Below are positions 1 through 12,091 of a DNA stretch of 64,000 bases, one piece after another (positions within the stretch are counted from its first letter, which is position 1; every line of letters starts with the position of its first letter). Source of the stretch: Rhizaria sp. SCN 62-66. Its lineage: Eukaryota. Both the position numbers and the translations under genes were made by a program. The stretch covers positions 62,001 to 126,000 of the forward strand of contig MEDY01000064.1 in NCBI GenBank assembly GCA_001724265.1, given 5' to 3'. A model generated the notes under the pieces. The model saw nothing but the letters and a program-made list of their open reading frames with translations. It did no database searches and had not been told where the DNA came from.

Positions 1-2968
1 TCTGCGCCAACATGACGGCCCAGAGCGTGTTGGTATGCAGGTACGGCGACACGAGGCCGTAGCTGACCTGCAGCGCAGGGGCGGCGTTGTTGTGCGCGCT
101 GCGCTTGGCGCCGATGATGAGGTTGCCGTCGCTGTCAAACTCGGGCTCCGCGCCGTTGCGACTCTTGCTATATTCGTCGTCGTTGTCGTTTCCGTTTCCG
201 TTGCCAACGTCATCGTCGAGTTCATTCTTGTTCTCCTTGCTTGCATCCACGCCCGCGTTGGCGTCAGCGGCACCGACGTCGTGAGTCGAGGCGCGTCCAT
301 CCCACACGCCAGCGGCGCTGCCGTCGGCGTTGACGTCCGCGGCGCCGACGAGGTGCGAGTCGGTGAACACGAGCGGGTCTGAGCCCACGCGCAGCGCCGA
401 GGCTGGCCCGCGCGCGGCCAGAGGGTCGTGTTCGTCGTAGCGCGTCAGCGGCCGCGCCATGGCGCCCACGCCGGCCGCATAGAGCCGGTGCAGCGACAGC
501 AGGCGCGCGCGGGCCAGCGCCGACTCGGCCGCCACAGCGACGGGCGCGGACAAGTCCGCAAAGTCGGTGGGGCTAGTGCTGAGGGCGGCGAACAGGCGCG
601 CGGCGTGCGACGCTGTGGCCCATAGCGCGCTCTGGTCGGCCTCCGCGCCGCTGCTGCCGCCGCGGCGGTTCTGGGCGACTGCGGCGCCGGGCGCGCCGAG
701 GAAGAGACAGGCCGCAAGCAGCGTGTCGGCGCTGACGCCGAGACGCGCGACCGAAGGCAGCGCGGACCACACCGCGCGCAGCGCCGCTTGCGAGGGCACC
801 CACCACTGCGGCGACGCCACCAGCGCGCGCGCAAGCTTGGCGGGGCTGCTCTTGGCGAGAGAGGCGGCGAGGGTCGCGCAGTCAGGCGCATAGGCGCGCG
901 TGATGGCGATGGCGTGGAGGGCGCCCAGCACGCTCTTGCGCGCGCCGCACAGCGCCACAGCCGTGTTGCCCAGGCCGATGAAGAGCGCGCTGGGCACAAG
1001 CGGGGCAGCGTCCTCGTCGGCGCCGCTGCTCGCGGGCACCGAGCCCTCGGCGACGCCCTCAGCGGCCGTGGCGTCGGCGTCGGCGGCGGCCTGAGTGCGC
1101 GCCTTCGCGGCGCACGCGGCGGCGCGGCTGGCGACCGCGGCGGCGGCGGCGGCGGTGCGCAGCGCAAGCGTTACCACGGCGTCGTCGAGGCGCTCGCCGG
1201 GCAGCGCGGCGGCCAGCGCGGGCGTGACGCGCAGCGGCGACAGCGGCGGCTGCAGGAGCGGCGCGAGCGCGGTCATCGCCACGGCGTGTGGCCCGGGGAC
1301 CGTGTGCGAGGTGACCGCGCTCAGGGGCGCCAGCGGCGGCGGCGCGCGCGCGTGCGGCAGCGACGCCACGACGTTCTGCGCGGCGAGCAGCAGCGCGCCA
1401 GCGGCTTCGGCAGACAGAGACACCGTCGTCGCCGCCAGTTGGCTTTGCGCGGCGACTGCCACAGAGACGAACGACTGCGGCTGGGGCGACTGAGCGCTGC
1501 GGAGCGTGGCTAGGTCGTCGACCCAGGCGCCCGAGAGCGCGCGCGAGCCGTCGAGCACCGCGGCGAGGGCGGCGGGCGACACGGGCGCGATCACGCCCGT
1601 CGCGGGGCCCGGGGCGGGGCTGTTGGCGGCCAGGTACAGCGCGGTCGTGCCGGACTCGCCGACCATGCCGGCCGTGTCGGCTGCGGCGGCGGCGGCCGAG
1701 GCGGCGCGCGGCAGTGGCGACGACAGCAGCGAGACGAGGTAGCTCTCGACGGCGTTCTCACTCTCCGTCTTCTCGCCCTTGTGCGCGGCGGTGGAGCTCT
1801 TGCCGTGGGGCAGCGCGACGCCGAGCAGCGAAGCCATGATCGCGCAGTCCTGGCCGCGATCCGGGTGCGCCGCCGCCACGGCCGCGAGCGCCGCCGCGGG
1901 CGCGACGCCGGCGAGCGCGGGGGCGGCGAGCTGCCGCAGCATGTCGGCCAGCACTATCTGCGCCGCCATCTCGGGCGTCAGCGCCGCAAGCGCCGCCGGC
2001 GACAGCACCGTGGTCAGCCGCGAATGGAAGAGCGTCGAGTACGCGCGCCACAGCCAACGCTCGGCGGCGCCGCCGCGAGCAGAGTCGGCGGGCGCGGCGT
2101 CGGGGCTGCGCGTCTGGGGACAGGCGCGCAGGAAGGCAGGCAGGGGCAGCGTGCCGCCGGCGGTGTAGAAGGCTACGAGATCCGCCGTGGGCATATCTGG
2201 CCGCAGCCGCGGCAGCACGGGCACGGAGACTGCGTCGGGGAGCGTCGCGGCGGCCGCGGCGGCGCTGGCGCGGGCGACCTGGGCCGCTGACGGGGGGCGC
2301 GAGGCGCCGGTGCTGCTGGCGCTGCTCGCGGTGTTGCTGGTGCTGTTTTTGTTGGTGCTGCGGCGGCGGGCGTTCGCCGCGCGGGGCTTGCCGCTGCGCA
2401 AACGGGGGCGCGCGCCGGTTGCGGTCGCAGTGGGTTGAGCAGTCTTGGCTTTCGCCTCGGCCTCCGCGTCGGCGGCTGCCTTGGCCGGGACACTGGTCGA
2501 GAAGGCTGCAGAGGCTGCCGAGAGCATCCCGACGGAGGATGACGAGGACGCCGAGACGGGAGAGCGCGCGAAGGTCGACATCGTGGCGCGGGGCGGCGCG
2601 GCGACGGGCCCCGCAGGTGCGTCAGTCGCAACAGCCGCGGCGGCGGAGGCGTTGGTTGCGGTGTGAAAGCTGCGGGGAAAGAAGGGCGCTAAGGTTGAGA
2701 ATCGAGACGCGGCGTGGCGCAGCATAAGCGAAGTGTAGACGCCGGGCGCGGCAAGGCTGCCCGCAAAGCTGCCGCTGCTCGAGGCGGCGGCGGCCGAGGC
2801 GGACGCGGCGGCGGTGCTGCTGCCGCTGCTGCTGCCGCCGCGGGCGATAAAGTCCGTCGCGGCGGGGTTCAGGCGTGACGCGACGGGCGCGGCCAAGACG
2901 CCCGTAGCGTGCGACACGCACGCAGAGGCGTGGCGCATCAGTGGCGTGCCGTAAGTGCGCAGAGACAT
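1..2968 (-). CDS. Ala-rich hypothetical protein, 3' end truncated by window edge (>989 aa), possibly organelle-targeted
   Basis: ATG at 2968 (MSLRTYGTPLMRHASACVSHATG...). The frame is open to base 1, so it has no stop and is absent from the ORF track. The Arg/Gly-rich plus-strand ORFs here are its in-register antisense shadows. N-terminus is R/S/A-rich and acid-poor. No family recognised. Confidence 0.75.
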   Translation of the reverse strand, partial: MSLRTYGTPLMRHASACVSHATGVLAAPVASRLNPAATDFIARGGSSSGSSTAAASASAAAASSSGSFAGSLAAPGVYTSLMLRHAASRFSTLAPFFPRSFHTATNASAAAAVATDAPAGPVAAPPRATMSTFARSPVSASSSSSVGMLSAASAAFSTSVPAKAAADAEAEAKAKTAQPTATATGARPRLRSGKPRAANARRRSTNKNSTSNTASSASSTGASRPPSAAQVARASAAAAAATLPDAVSVPVLPRLRPDMPTADLVAFYTAGGTLPLPAFLRACPQTRSPDAAPADSARGGAAERWLWRAYSTLFHSRLTTVLSPAALAALTPEMAAQIVLADMLRQLAAPALAGVAPAAALAAVAAAHPDRGQDCAIMASLLGVALPHGKSSTAAHKGEKTESENAVESYLVSLLSSPLPRAASAAAAAADTAGMVGESGTTALYLAANSPAPGPATGVIAPVSPAALAAVLDGSRALSGAWVDDLATLRSAQSPQPQSFVSVAVAAQSQLAATTVSLSAEAAGALLLAAQNVVASLPHARAPPPLAPLSAVTSHTVPGPHAVAMTALAPLLQPPLSPLRVTPALAAALPGERLDDAVVTLALRTAAAAAAVASRAAACAAKARTQAAADADATAAEGVAEGSVPASSGADEDAAPLVPSALFIGLGNTAVALCGARKSVLGALHAIAITRAYAPDCATLAASLAKSSPAKLARALVASPQWWVPSQAALRAVWSALPSVARLGVSADTLLAACLFLGAPGAAVAQNRRGGSSGAEADQSALWATASHAARLFAALSTSPTDFADLSAPVAVAAESALARARLLSLHRLYAAGVGAMARPLTRYDEHDPLAARGPASALRVGSDPLVFTDSHLVGAADVNADGSAAGVWDGRASTHDVGAADANAGVDASKENKNELDDDVGNGNGNDNDDEYSKSRNGAEPEFDSDGNLIIGAKRSAHNNAAPALQVSYGLVSPYLHTNTLWAVMLAQ

Positions 2969-3733
2969 TGTGCGGGGCGCGGAGGGGCGAGTGGCAGAGG
3001 GCGACGAAGCGCGGAGCGGGGTGGTGTCGGTTAAGACTTAGTTTCTGGGTGTCAAAAGGGGCACAACAAAAGCCAGTGCAACTATTACTGCGCGGATACA
3101 CATCAAAGCAAGAGTTATTATGTAAGAAAACGTTAGAAATCGCTATACAAAATGGCTTTGTGGCATATAAAGAGATGACAGTGGGTTACGGTTGTCGCGG
3201 AGTCACTGTCCACGCCCGATCGATTTTGACATCAATATCTCAATAATACCATCACGGTGTTGCACAGACATCGCGCAACACTAAAGAACCAAGTCTCTCA
3301 AAAATCATAATCAAAAACTGCGTTCATCAGTGATCATATCGATACATGGCGCATTACCATCGTCAGCGACGCGGGAGTGCGCTGATCAATCGACTGACTG
3401 ACCGACCGATCGACCACAGTCACCAAGTCACATAGATCTGGCCACAAACCCGTTTCGAGGCGGGTGGTGCGCCGCGGCGAGTTTGCAAGAAGGTCCTCAG
3501 AGTCGCTCTGTCCGTAGAATTCGTTATGAAAACAATATTCCTACTTCAATTGCCGTCCATCAAGTGCTCTGCTTTTAAACAAGTCTCTTATGTAGTCCCC
3601 ACGTTCCCACGCACTCCCTCCAACATTTCATTTGCCGTCATACCAACTCCTTCGCACTGCCCCGCGCTTCACTAGCTCCCACGCCTCACTACATCAACCT
3701 TTCTCTTTACGAACTCCTTTGCAGTCAGTGCCC

Positions 3734-5248
3734 ATGTCTTCCCAGCCGTCGCAAGGTCTGCAGTCCGCGAAGGACGCCGTGCTCGTTAAGTCCGTCGAAG
3801 TCGACCACAACCTGCCCCCCGTCAAGGGCTACGACTTCAACAACGGCATCAAGTACGAGGAGATTGTCAAGGCCATGTTCACCACGGGCTACCAGGCCAC
3901 TCACGTCGCGCGCGCCGTCAAGATCATCAACGACATGCTCGACTGGCGTCTGTCGGACGTGCCCATGACGGCCGAGGAGAAGGAGGAGGAGGCCGCCCTG
4001 CCCGAGGCTGACCGCACCGACCGTTCCCAGGTCAAGGCGACGGTGTTCCTGGGCTACACCTCGAACCTCGTGTCCTCGGGGCTGCGCGAGTCGATCCGCT
4101 ACCTGGCGCAGCACAAGCTGATCTCGTGCATCGTCACTACGGCGGGCGGCGTCGAGGAAGACTTCATCAAGTGCCTCGCACACACCCACGTCTCCGAGTT
4201 CACCGCCAACGGCGCCGAGCTCCGCAAGAAGGGGCTGAACCGCATCGGCAACCTCGTGATTGCGAACCAGAACTACTGTGACTTTGAGAACTGGCTCACG
4301 CCGATCCTGGACGTGATGGCCGACGAGCAGAACAGCGGAAAGGTCAAGTCGTGGACGCCTTCTGACATCATCCGCCGCCTCGGCAAGGAGATCAACAACG
4401 AGGAGAGCATCTACTACTGGTGCTACAAGAACGACATCCCGGTCTTTTGCCCTGCGCTCACTGACGGCAGCATGGGCGACATGCTCTATTTCCACTCGTT
4501 CAGCAAGCCCGGCATCACGGTCGACATCCTCGAGGACCTGCGCCGCGTCAACAACATGGCCGTGCAGGCTACGCGCTCCGGCATGGTCATTCTCGTACGT
4601 TGCGCACTATATTCACCATTAACGCTGTTTAGCAATGATCTTTTACTTGTTATTAGCTCTTTTATGCTATTTTATGTTTCTTAAGTTGTCGTGAATTTCA
4701 TTTTAGGTTCTCATGTGGTCTAATCTTTGTTGCGATATGTTTTTTTATTTTGTTTTGCCTACTTACAGGGCTCCGGCGTGATCAAGCATCACATCTGCAA
4801 CGCGAACCTGATGCGCAACGGCTCCGACTACGCCGTCTACGTCAACACCGCCCAGGAGTTCGACGGCTCCGATGCCGGCGCCACGTACGTACATTGCGCA
4901 ACACACTTATTTATGCGTACCTTATGTCTTGTCTCTTGCATCGACTGATTGGTTTACGTGTCTGTGTTTCAAGCAAGATGTTATCTTATTATAGCTTTAT
5001 CCATTTCATCATTTGTTCCCCCAATCTCACGTTTATTCTTCTTTATCTCCCTTGCTTGCGTGGACCATCACAGTCCCGACGAGGCCGTCTCTTGGGGCAA
5101 GATCACTGCGGGCGCGCAGTCGATCAAGGTTTTTGCCGACGCCACGATTGTGTTCCCGCTCATGGTGGCCCAGACCTTCGCGCGCGTCGTCGAGGAGCGC
5201 AAGGCCAAGGCCGCCGCTGAGGCCGCCGCCGCTGCCGACAAGCAGTAA
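3734..5248 (+). CDS. DHPS: Deoxyhypusine synthase (383 aa, 3 exons)
   Basis: Exons 3734-4594, 4769-4884, 5074-5248 with GTACGT..AG introns. Motifs: [60 protein letters not shown], catalytic-Lys motif EAVSWGKI. Stop TAA. Confidence 0.97.
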
Positions 5249-5701
5249 GCGAGCAGTAACCAACACAACACAATGATCCGTTGGACAACAAGCATCTATG
5301 GCTGCGCGCAACAGGTGAGAAAGTGACAAGCCAGTGAATAATGACTGCTTAGTTGCTAATCTCAACTGTTAAATCGCTGTTTGCCTCATGCTGTCGATGG
5401 GGGGAAGATTGAGTTACGTTTGAGTTTGTCTGAGATGGGTTATGTTATCTAGTAAGTACAGTATTAATTGAAACAGGACACGTAGTCACTGAGAGTCAAG
5501 TAATTATTAAAAATAAAAAACACACATTTTAACACATGACGCCCGTCAAAACTGATGTTGTATTGTAATTACATGTACAAGTGCGATACATGTGAGCTTC
5601 CCGCCGGTTTCTGCGTGTTGATTGGCCTGCAAATCACAGCATGGAGTTGCTGCCATGTTTATATCAGGTCAAAAACTGTTTTTGTGCCAATTGACATCGT
5701 T

Positions 5702-6951
5702 TCACTGTGCGTCAGAAGCGCAGGCGTTCTTGGCGCCGTAGTACGCGTCAATGGCGGCGAACACGGACTTGAAGTCGACATGCTTAGTCATCACGTGGCA
5801 CGTGCGCACTGCACGCTCAATGTCCTGCGTAAATATTGATAACAAAGTCGGATATAGAGTATTGTTAATAATAAAGTTGGTAATCTCAAGAAGTATGCGA
5901 AGACGAATACATTCAGACAGAAGCACAAACGTGCACAATTCCAAAATGTTGTTGGTGAGCAGACTGCGTAACCCCACGTACCTCCTCGGTCATGACGAGC
6001 GACGTCTTCGAGGGCTTGCGGAGCGCGCAGGAGATGGCGCACGCGCCGCCGCCGTCGTCCTCATTGCCGTCCTTGTCCGTGATCACTGGCACGAAGCCGT
6101 ACGGCGTAAAGTTAACCTTACTCGCCGTCACATTGCAGTCACCGCGGCTGCCGCTGCTGGTGTTGGCAGCGGCAGCCTCAGCAGTAAAGAACTTGGTGAC
6201 GTACTCCTTGCACTTGTCGTATGTGTGGTAAGATACCTTGCGGGGGATCTTGTTGAAAACGGCGCCAAGCACGGGGGCGCCGAAGCGCGCAAAGTACTCG
6301 CGGGCCATCACGGCCGAGTCGATGGCGTTGCCGACGCCGGGGCGGGAAACCAGCAGCACGGGCGCGCCGAGGAGCTGGGCAACGGAGCCGTTTGAGGTGC
6401 CGGTGCAGGAGCCGACGCCGGGGTAGCCCACGCCGTCGACAACGACCAGACGGCGGCCCTGAACGAGTGCAAGCAACGAATAAAATCAAGCAAATGCACG
6501 TTCAAATTGGTATTTCGTGATGATAAAAAGTAGCTAGTCATGAAGGTGTGTAAAGATGCATGAAGACAGGACAAGTTATGCACATTGGAGCGAGGCGAAA
6601 CTAAGAACGTACAGGTGTGTTGGCGAGAGCGTCAACAGCGGCGCTTATCTTGGCGAGACGGTCCTCGGCGGAGCCGTGCTTGCCATCGATGACCTCCTGC
6701 GTGTAGCCGGGGCGGTACAGGATGGGTCCGGTGCCCTCGTGCGCGATACCCTCGGACTCGCACCACTTCCACAGCAGCTGCACGTCCTCGCACTGCGTGC
6801 AGGGCTTGATGTACGCCAGCTCCTCGGGCTTGTAGCCAAGCTGCAGGGCCGCGGAGAGGAGACCCATGCACACGGATGTCTTGCCGACGCCTGATTCGTC
6901 GCCGCAGATGCAGACGATCTGGGCACGGGATGAGGCAGCAGGGGCAGACAT
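5702..6951 (-). CDS. Stand-alone P-loop NTPase of the dethiobiotin synthase / phosphotransacetylase N-terminal (AAA_26-like) type (312 aa, 3 exons)
   Basis: Exons 6951-6613, 6458-5982, 5824-5702. Motifs: GDESGVGKTSVCMGL (Walker A), LAYIKP, VVVDGVG, VLLVSRPGVGNAID, LGAVFNK. Stop TGA. Confidence 0.8.
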
Positions 6952-7424
6952 CTTGGGGTTGAAGATATACGCGTAAAAAAGGCAAGCTATGTTAAAATTC
7001 CTTGTAGAAAGATTACAAAACAAACCACACAGTACAAAACAAATGTTTAATTTCGAGTTGACGATGAATTCTGGCTGGTTGACTTCCTTCTCAGAGCGAC
7101 CTCAATTCGCTCACAAAACGGTTTAACGGTTTGCAATCACAAAAAAAGCGAATGTGTGGTCGTGTCACTAAAGCACGATTTTCGCAACAGAAATCTGGTC
7201 TCTCAAGGCAAATTTGGGAAGAAGCAATGTGTTAATCAATTTACATAACATGGGTGTAGTTTATTTCAAATATGCTTTGTATTCGTTGGATAAACCTGAC
7301 CTGACGTATTCACAGCTTGGCCTTCCTTGGCCCGCTCGTAGCCTTCTTTCACATGCAGCACACAATAAACGGACACAAACCAGCATAACAAAACACTAGA
7401 CGCACATCAAGCACAGAATAAAGC

Positions 7425-8173
7425 TCACTCCGCAGCCTTCGCCGCGCCAGTAGGCGCGGAGCCTTCAGCAGCAGCGCCAGCAGCAGCGCCAGCAGCAGGG
7501 GCGGCAGCAGGGGCGGCAGCGGGAGCAGGGGCGGTGTTGTTCGTGCCATTGGGGTCACCGCCCGTGGTCACAACAGCAGCGTTGTCCAGCGCCCGGCACA
7601 CAAAGCGCATGTCGGCTTCGATGACCTGGGACCAGTTGACGACGTCGCCAAGCTCCTTGAGCACGAGGTTGAGGTCTTTGTACATAGCGAGCCAGCGCTG
7701 CGACTGGCGCGCGAAGGCGGCCGCTTGCGTCTGCAGCACCTTGGCCTCGGCGTCGAGCTTCTGCTGCGCGGTGGAGACCGCGAGGGTAGACTAAAGCAAC
7801 AAGGAGCATCGCAAAGGCAAGCGGACAGATTGTGTGATGTTAGTGGAGTTCGTTAGAGATGAGATGCGAATTACAAAGAACATGAGAGCGAGGTCTTAAG
7901 ACGTACACGAGAGACGTCAGTGAGAATGCTTGAGGTGACATTCTCCACAGCGGCCATGGCACCGGCCTTGACCTTGTCTGTGAAATCGAAAAAACATCAG
8001 GAGAGAGTGAACAGAGTGTGAGATCAGTGGCTCAACAAGAGCACGCGAAGCAGAGACAGGATAAAAGGCTTGATGAAAAGAGGACGAAGCGGGGTGAGAG
8101 TGCACGTACCAAGATCGCGCCGGCGCTGAGCGGAGCCGCGGCGGTGCTCCTTGACAATATCGTTGAACGACAT
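7425..8173 (-). CDS. BLOC1S1: BLOC-1/BORC subunit 1 (GCN5L1 family), 166 aa, 3 exons
   Basis: Exons 8173-8110, 7977-7907, 7790-7425. Sequence IVKEH...QQKLDAEAKVLQ...FARQSQRWL...LKELGDVVNWSQVIEADM. Stop TGA. Confidence 0.88.
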
Positions 8174-8504
8174 TGTCTGTGTCTACACGCGATCAGAAGA
8201 GACGGATATGAGACACGGCGACGTGGGTGAGATCAGCTTGAATCAGAGAGAGTCTAGATAGGGTATACCAAGCGAGAAGAACAAATTATTTAAGGATCCA
8301 ACAGTTTGCTCAAGTGTCTACCACATCAAAGCAAAAACAAGGCGTTTGACGACCAATAAGGTGTACATATGCTTCGTAATGTTGGCTAAATCAACGCTCT
8401 ACGAGGGACCGAAAAATACTCGCTCTTTCGCTCACTCATCATCGCTTCATCACAACCTTGCTTCGTTGTTTTGGCTAAGTATCTCAGTCCAATAAGGCAC
8501 CAAC

Positions 8505-10484
8505 ATGTCTAGGTACGTAATCGTTGTGATTTTGGGTGTTTATACTTGTTTTTTGCGTCATACCCACGTGTGCATCATTATCTATTCGCTCTTTCTTATC
8601 TGCGCTCACGCAAGCCTCATCTTGACTCGCCCCTGTTGCCTTCCCCGACATTTCACAGTGAGAACGACAAGTCTAAGAACTCTGACAAGAAGGGTACGTA
8701 CAAAGACTTATTACACATATGAATATGTTGCCATCTTGCTATTATACTCAGATTTCATTGCTGTGCACTCTCCTCTGACTTCCGCTGCCTCTTGTGGTTG
8801 GTCAGCCGTTAGAGATGTTCGCATCTTCGCACTCTCAACCCCCACGCTCATCTCACATTCCATCACTGTGCTTATTCTTTCACGTTCCTTCCACATCAAC
8901 AGAGACCGCCGCCGAGGCGATGATGGCGACCCTGCTTGCGGCGCAGAACTCGAGCGCGCCCAACGCGGCCGAGCTGCAGAAGATCATGCAGGCTCTGTCC
9001 ATGTCCACCAAGGCCCCCACCTCCGCGGGCGCCATCCCCGACGCGCACAAGTTCTGGGACACGCAGCCCGTGCCGAAGATGTCTGCCAAGATTTCTGAGC
9101 ACGGCCCGTTCGAGACCAAGACGGTGGCCGACGTGCGCGCCGAGCCCTACCCGCTCGTCAAGGGCTTCACTTGGGAGACGATGGATCTTTCGGACCCGGC
9201 CGCAATGACCGACCTGTACGTGCTGCTGACGGAGAACTACGTCGAGGACGACTCGGCGACGTTCCGCTTTGACTACTCGCGCGACTTCCTGAACTGGGCG
9301 CTCACCCCGCCCGGCTTCCTGCCGCAGTGGCACCTCGGCGTGCGCACCACCGACGCGCACAAGCGCCTCTGCGCTTTCATCTCCGCCGTGCCCGCCCGCA
9401 CGCGCGCCTACGAGAAGGAGTTCCCGGCCGTGGAGATCAACTTCCTGTGCGTCCACAAGTCGCTCCGCTCCAAGCGCCTCGCCCCCGTGCTCATCAAGGA
9501 GATCACCCGCCGCGTCAACCTCCAGGTCCGTCCCATGCGCATCACCACTAAACAAGGATGTCTCATTCTATTCGCAAGATATCGCGGATATATTCTAATT
9601 TATTATGCTTTTACATCATATTAAAGTGCTTTATCATTTCGTGATAACGATATATGTCATTGTATACTCCCCACACATATCTCACTTTCATCGTTTTCTT
9701 CCTGCCTCTTGCGCCGCCACCACAGGACATTTGGCAGGCGTCGTACACTGCCGGCATTGTTATCCCCAAGCCCGTGGGCTCGTGCCAGTACTTCCACCGC
9801 TCGCTGGACATCCAGAAGCTGTGCCAGGTCGGCTTTACGCGCCTGCCCAGCCAGGTCTCAATGACGCTGGCGCGCCGCATGTACGCCGTGCCCGCGACGC
9901 CTGCGCTGCCTGGCGTGCGCCCCATGGAGCCGCGCGATGTGCCGCGCGTGACGGTGCTGCTCAACGCGGCGCTGGCCGCGCGCAAGCTCGTGCAGGTGTT
10001 CTCGGAGGAGGAGACGGCGCACTGGCTGCTGCCGCGCGCGGGGGTCATCTCCAGCTATGTCGTCTGCAACGGCAAGGCCGCCGCCAAGAAGGACGGCGAC
10101 GACGCTGAGAAGGCTGAGAAGGCTGAGAAGGCTGACGCGGCTGAGAGCGCCGAGGAGGGCAAGGGCGACGAGGTGACGGACTTCTTCTCCTTCTACTCGC
10201 TGCCTTCGACGATCAGCGGGAACCCGAAGCACAACCTGCTCAAGGCGGCGTACCAGTACTACCACGCGGCCACCACGGTCGCGCTCAAGGACCTTATGAC
10301 GGATGCGCTGCACTTTGCGCACAAGGAGGGCTTTGACGTGTTCAACGCGCTCACGCTCATGGACAACAAGTCCTTCCTGGAGGAGCTCAAGTTCAAGGCC
10401 GGCGACGGATACTTGCAGTACTACCTCTACAACTGGCAGTGCCCCACCATGGAGACCGAGGACGTCGGCCTCATCCTCCTCTAA
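8505..10484 (+). CDS. NMT: Glycylpeptide N-myristoyltransferase (474 aa, 4 exons including 8-nt and 35-nt coding exons)
   Basis: Exons 8505-8512, 8659-8693, 8903-9525, 9726-10484. Motifs: HKFWDTQPVP, LLTENYVEDD, FRFDYS, EINFLCVHKSLRSKRLAPVLIKEITRR, GFDVFNAL, GDGYLQYYLYNW. Stop TAA. Confidence 0.97.
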
Positions 10485-11120
10485 GCGCCACACTGCGAAG
10501 CGTCGCACTGCTCGTCACGCGGAACAGCGCGGAAAAGCGCACAGCAGCGCAAGGCACCTGAGGTGAATGTAAACAGTGATTGTGAGCAGTGACTGTGACA
10601 CTCTGACTGAGCGTGAGCAAACAGGCTCAGACAACGGGCGAAGCAACCTGACTGAAGGCGTGTCTCAACTGGACACAATGAGGCTCGAACCCAGTGTCTT
10701 TATTGTGCCTTAGCTGTTGTTGCGGTGTACCGTTGTCGCCGAAGTAGTCCCGAGTACATGTGCATGTTGTCTGTGTGTGAGGCTACGCATGTACAAGTAG
10801 AGAAAGTGAATGATCGTAACAGTAGTAATAACACGAATTTTATACATTTAGTTTTCATTAATCTTGTTGTCGACGCGTTCTTATCATTCCATATGCAGGT
10901 AATACATGTACTGACTAATTCTTTCTACAACACGTTGCTGTATTGTCTCAATATTATATTCTTAATCATATTTAAGCAATGTTACGTTCATGTTTGTTGT
11001 TTGACCACAATTCGCTCCATCAGTGAGCATGTTGAAATGCACTCACGTCGTTGTCACTGTTGCCGCAGGTGTTCTTTCACGGGTACAAGTCCGAAGTGAG
11101 ATTCGCTCGGTTCCCACTGC

Positions 11121-11432
11121 TTACTGCTTGTTGCCGCAGCATGGGGCAGCCTCCTTCTCGCCGCACTTGCAGTTAGGGCCGCACTTGCAGTTAGGGCCGC
11201 ACTTGCAGGCGGCGCTCTTGTCAGCGCTGCCGCAGGTGCAGGGGTCGCACTTGCAGTTAGGGCCGCACTTGCAGGCGGCGCTCTTGGCGGCCTTCTCGGT
11301 GCCACAGAGGCAGGGGTCGCACTTGCAGTTAGGGCCGCACTTGCACGCGGGGTTGTGCGCGCTCTGCTCGGCGCCGCACTTGCAGGGGTCGCACTTGCAG
11401 GGGTCGCACTTGCACGCGGGGTTGTGGGACAT
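11121..11432 (-). CDS. Metallothionein (103 aa, 26 Cys, four tandem modules of three CxC plus a terminal CC)
   Basis: Repeats of CKCGPNCKCDPCxCG. No aromatic residues. Internal DNA repeats (gcacttgcagttagggcc). Stop TAA. Confidence 0.88.
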   Translation of the reverse strand: MSHNPACKCDPCKCDPCKCGAEQSAHNPACKCGPNCKCDPCLCGTEKAAKSAACKCGPNCKCDPCTCGSADKSAACKCGPNCKCGPNCKCGEKEAAPCCGNKQ

Positions 11433-12091
11433 CGCTGGAGGGCTAGGGTAGAGACCAGCGACGCAGGGGCGGAAATTACAAAATTAAAAAGTGATACGGG
11501 GTACAAAGAGGCCGTTGATGTGTGGGAAGATGTGTGAGAGTGAGATTCCGTGATCTAAGCAAGCAGGCATGCGAGCGGGAGGAGTTTGTGTGTGTAGATG
11601 TGACGCGGAGAGGAATGCATGTTTGACAAGGCAAATGCAACGGTTTGAGTGTAAAAACGGAGGATTTAGAGCGATGATCACAATATCAACTCAGATGCGC
11701 GTCGGATATTGTGAATGTGCCGGATTTGTTTCAGTATATGCGTGGGAAGGATTGGTGGAGGGGACATGGACTTAAAGCAAGACCCATGATGTCGGAAAAG
11801 CGCACTGCGGATGGCATAGCGAGTCCATAAACAATGATAAATGAAAAGAATACGGGCGCGCTTCGTGCTGTCACGGGTGAGTATGTTTCATTGTGCCTGA
11901 CGGTCCTGGTGCGGCGTGTAGCCTTCTTTTAAATCGGTTTCTTCCCGCTCCATACACGTGACTTCGCTTGACCGACGCAACCGTAACACCTTTCTCACAA
12001 CATACTAAGGGTATTACATGAGATAACTAAACCACACCAATATCTGCCAATTTTGTTAGGCTATAATATTTAAATTCTGTCGCTTTCAGAC

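Noticed and set aside
8441-8484. U2 snRNA-like words ATCGCTTC...TTTTGGCTAAG upstream of NMT
   Set aside because: Spacing is wrong, and the branch-pairing GTGTAGTA and Sm site are absent. It lies in the NMT 5' flank, so it is likely chance.
11160-11420. Regularly spaced direct repeats resembling a CRISPR array
   Set aside because: They are the coding repeats of the metallothionein; there are no unique spacers or cas genes and the context is eukaryotic.
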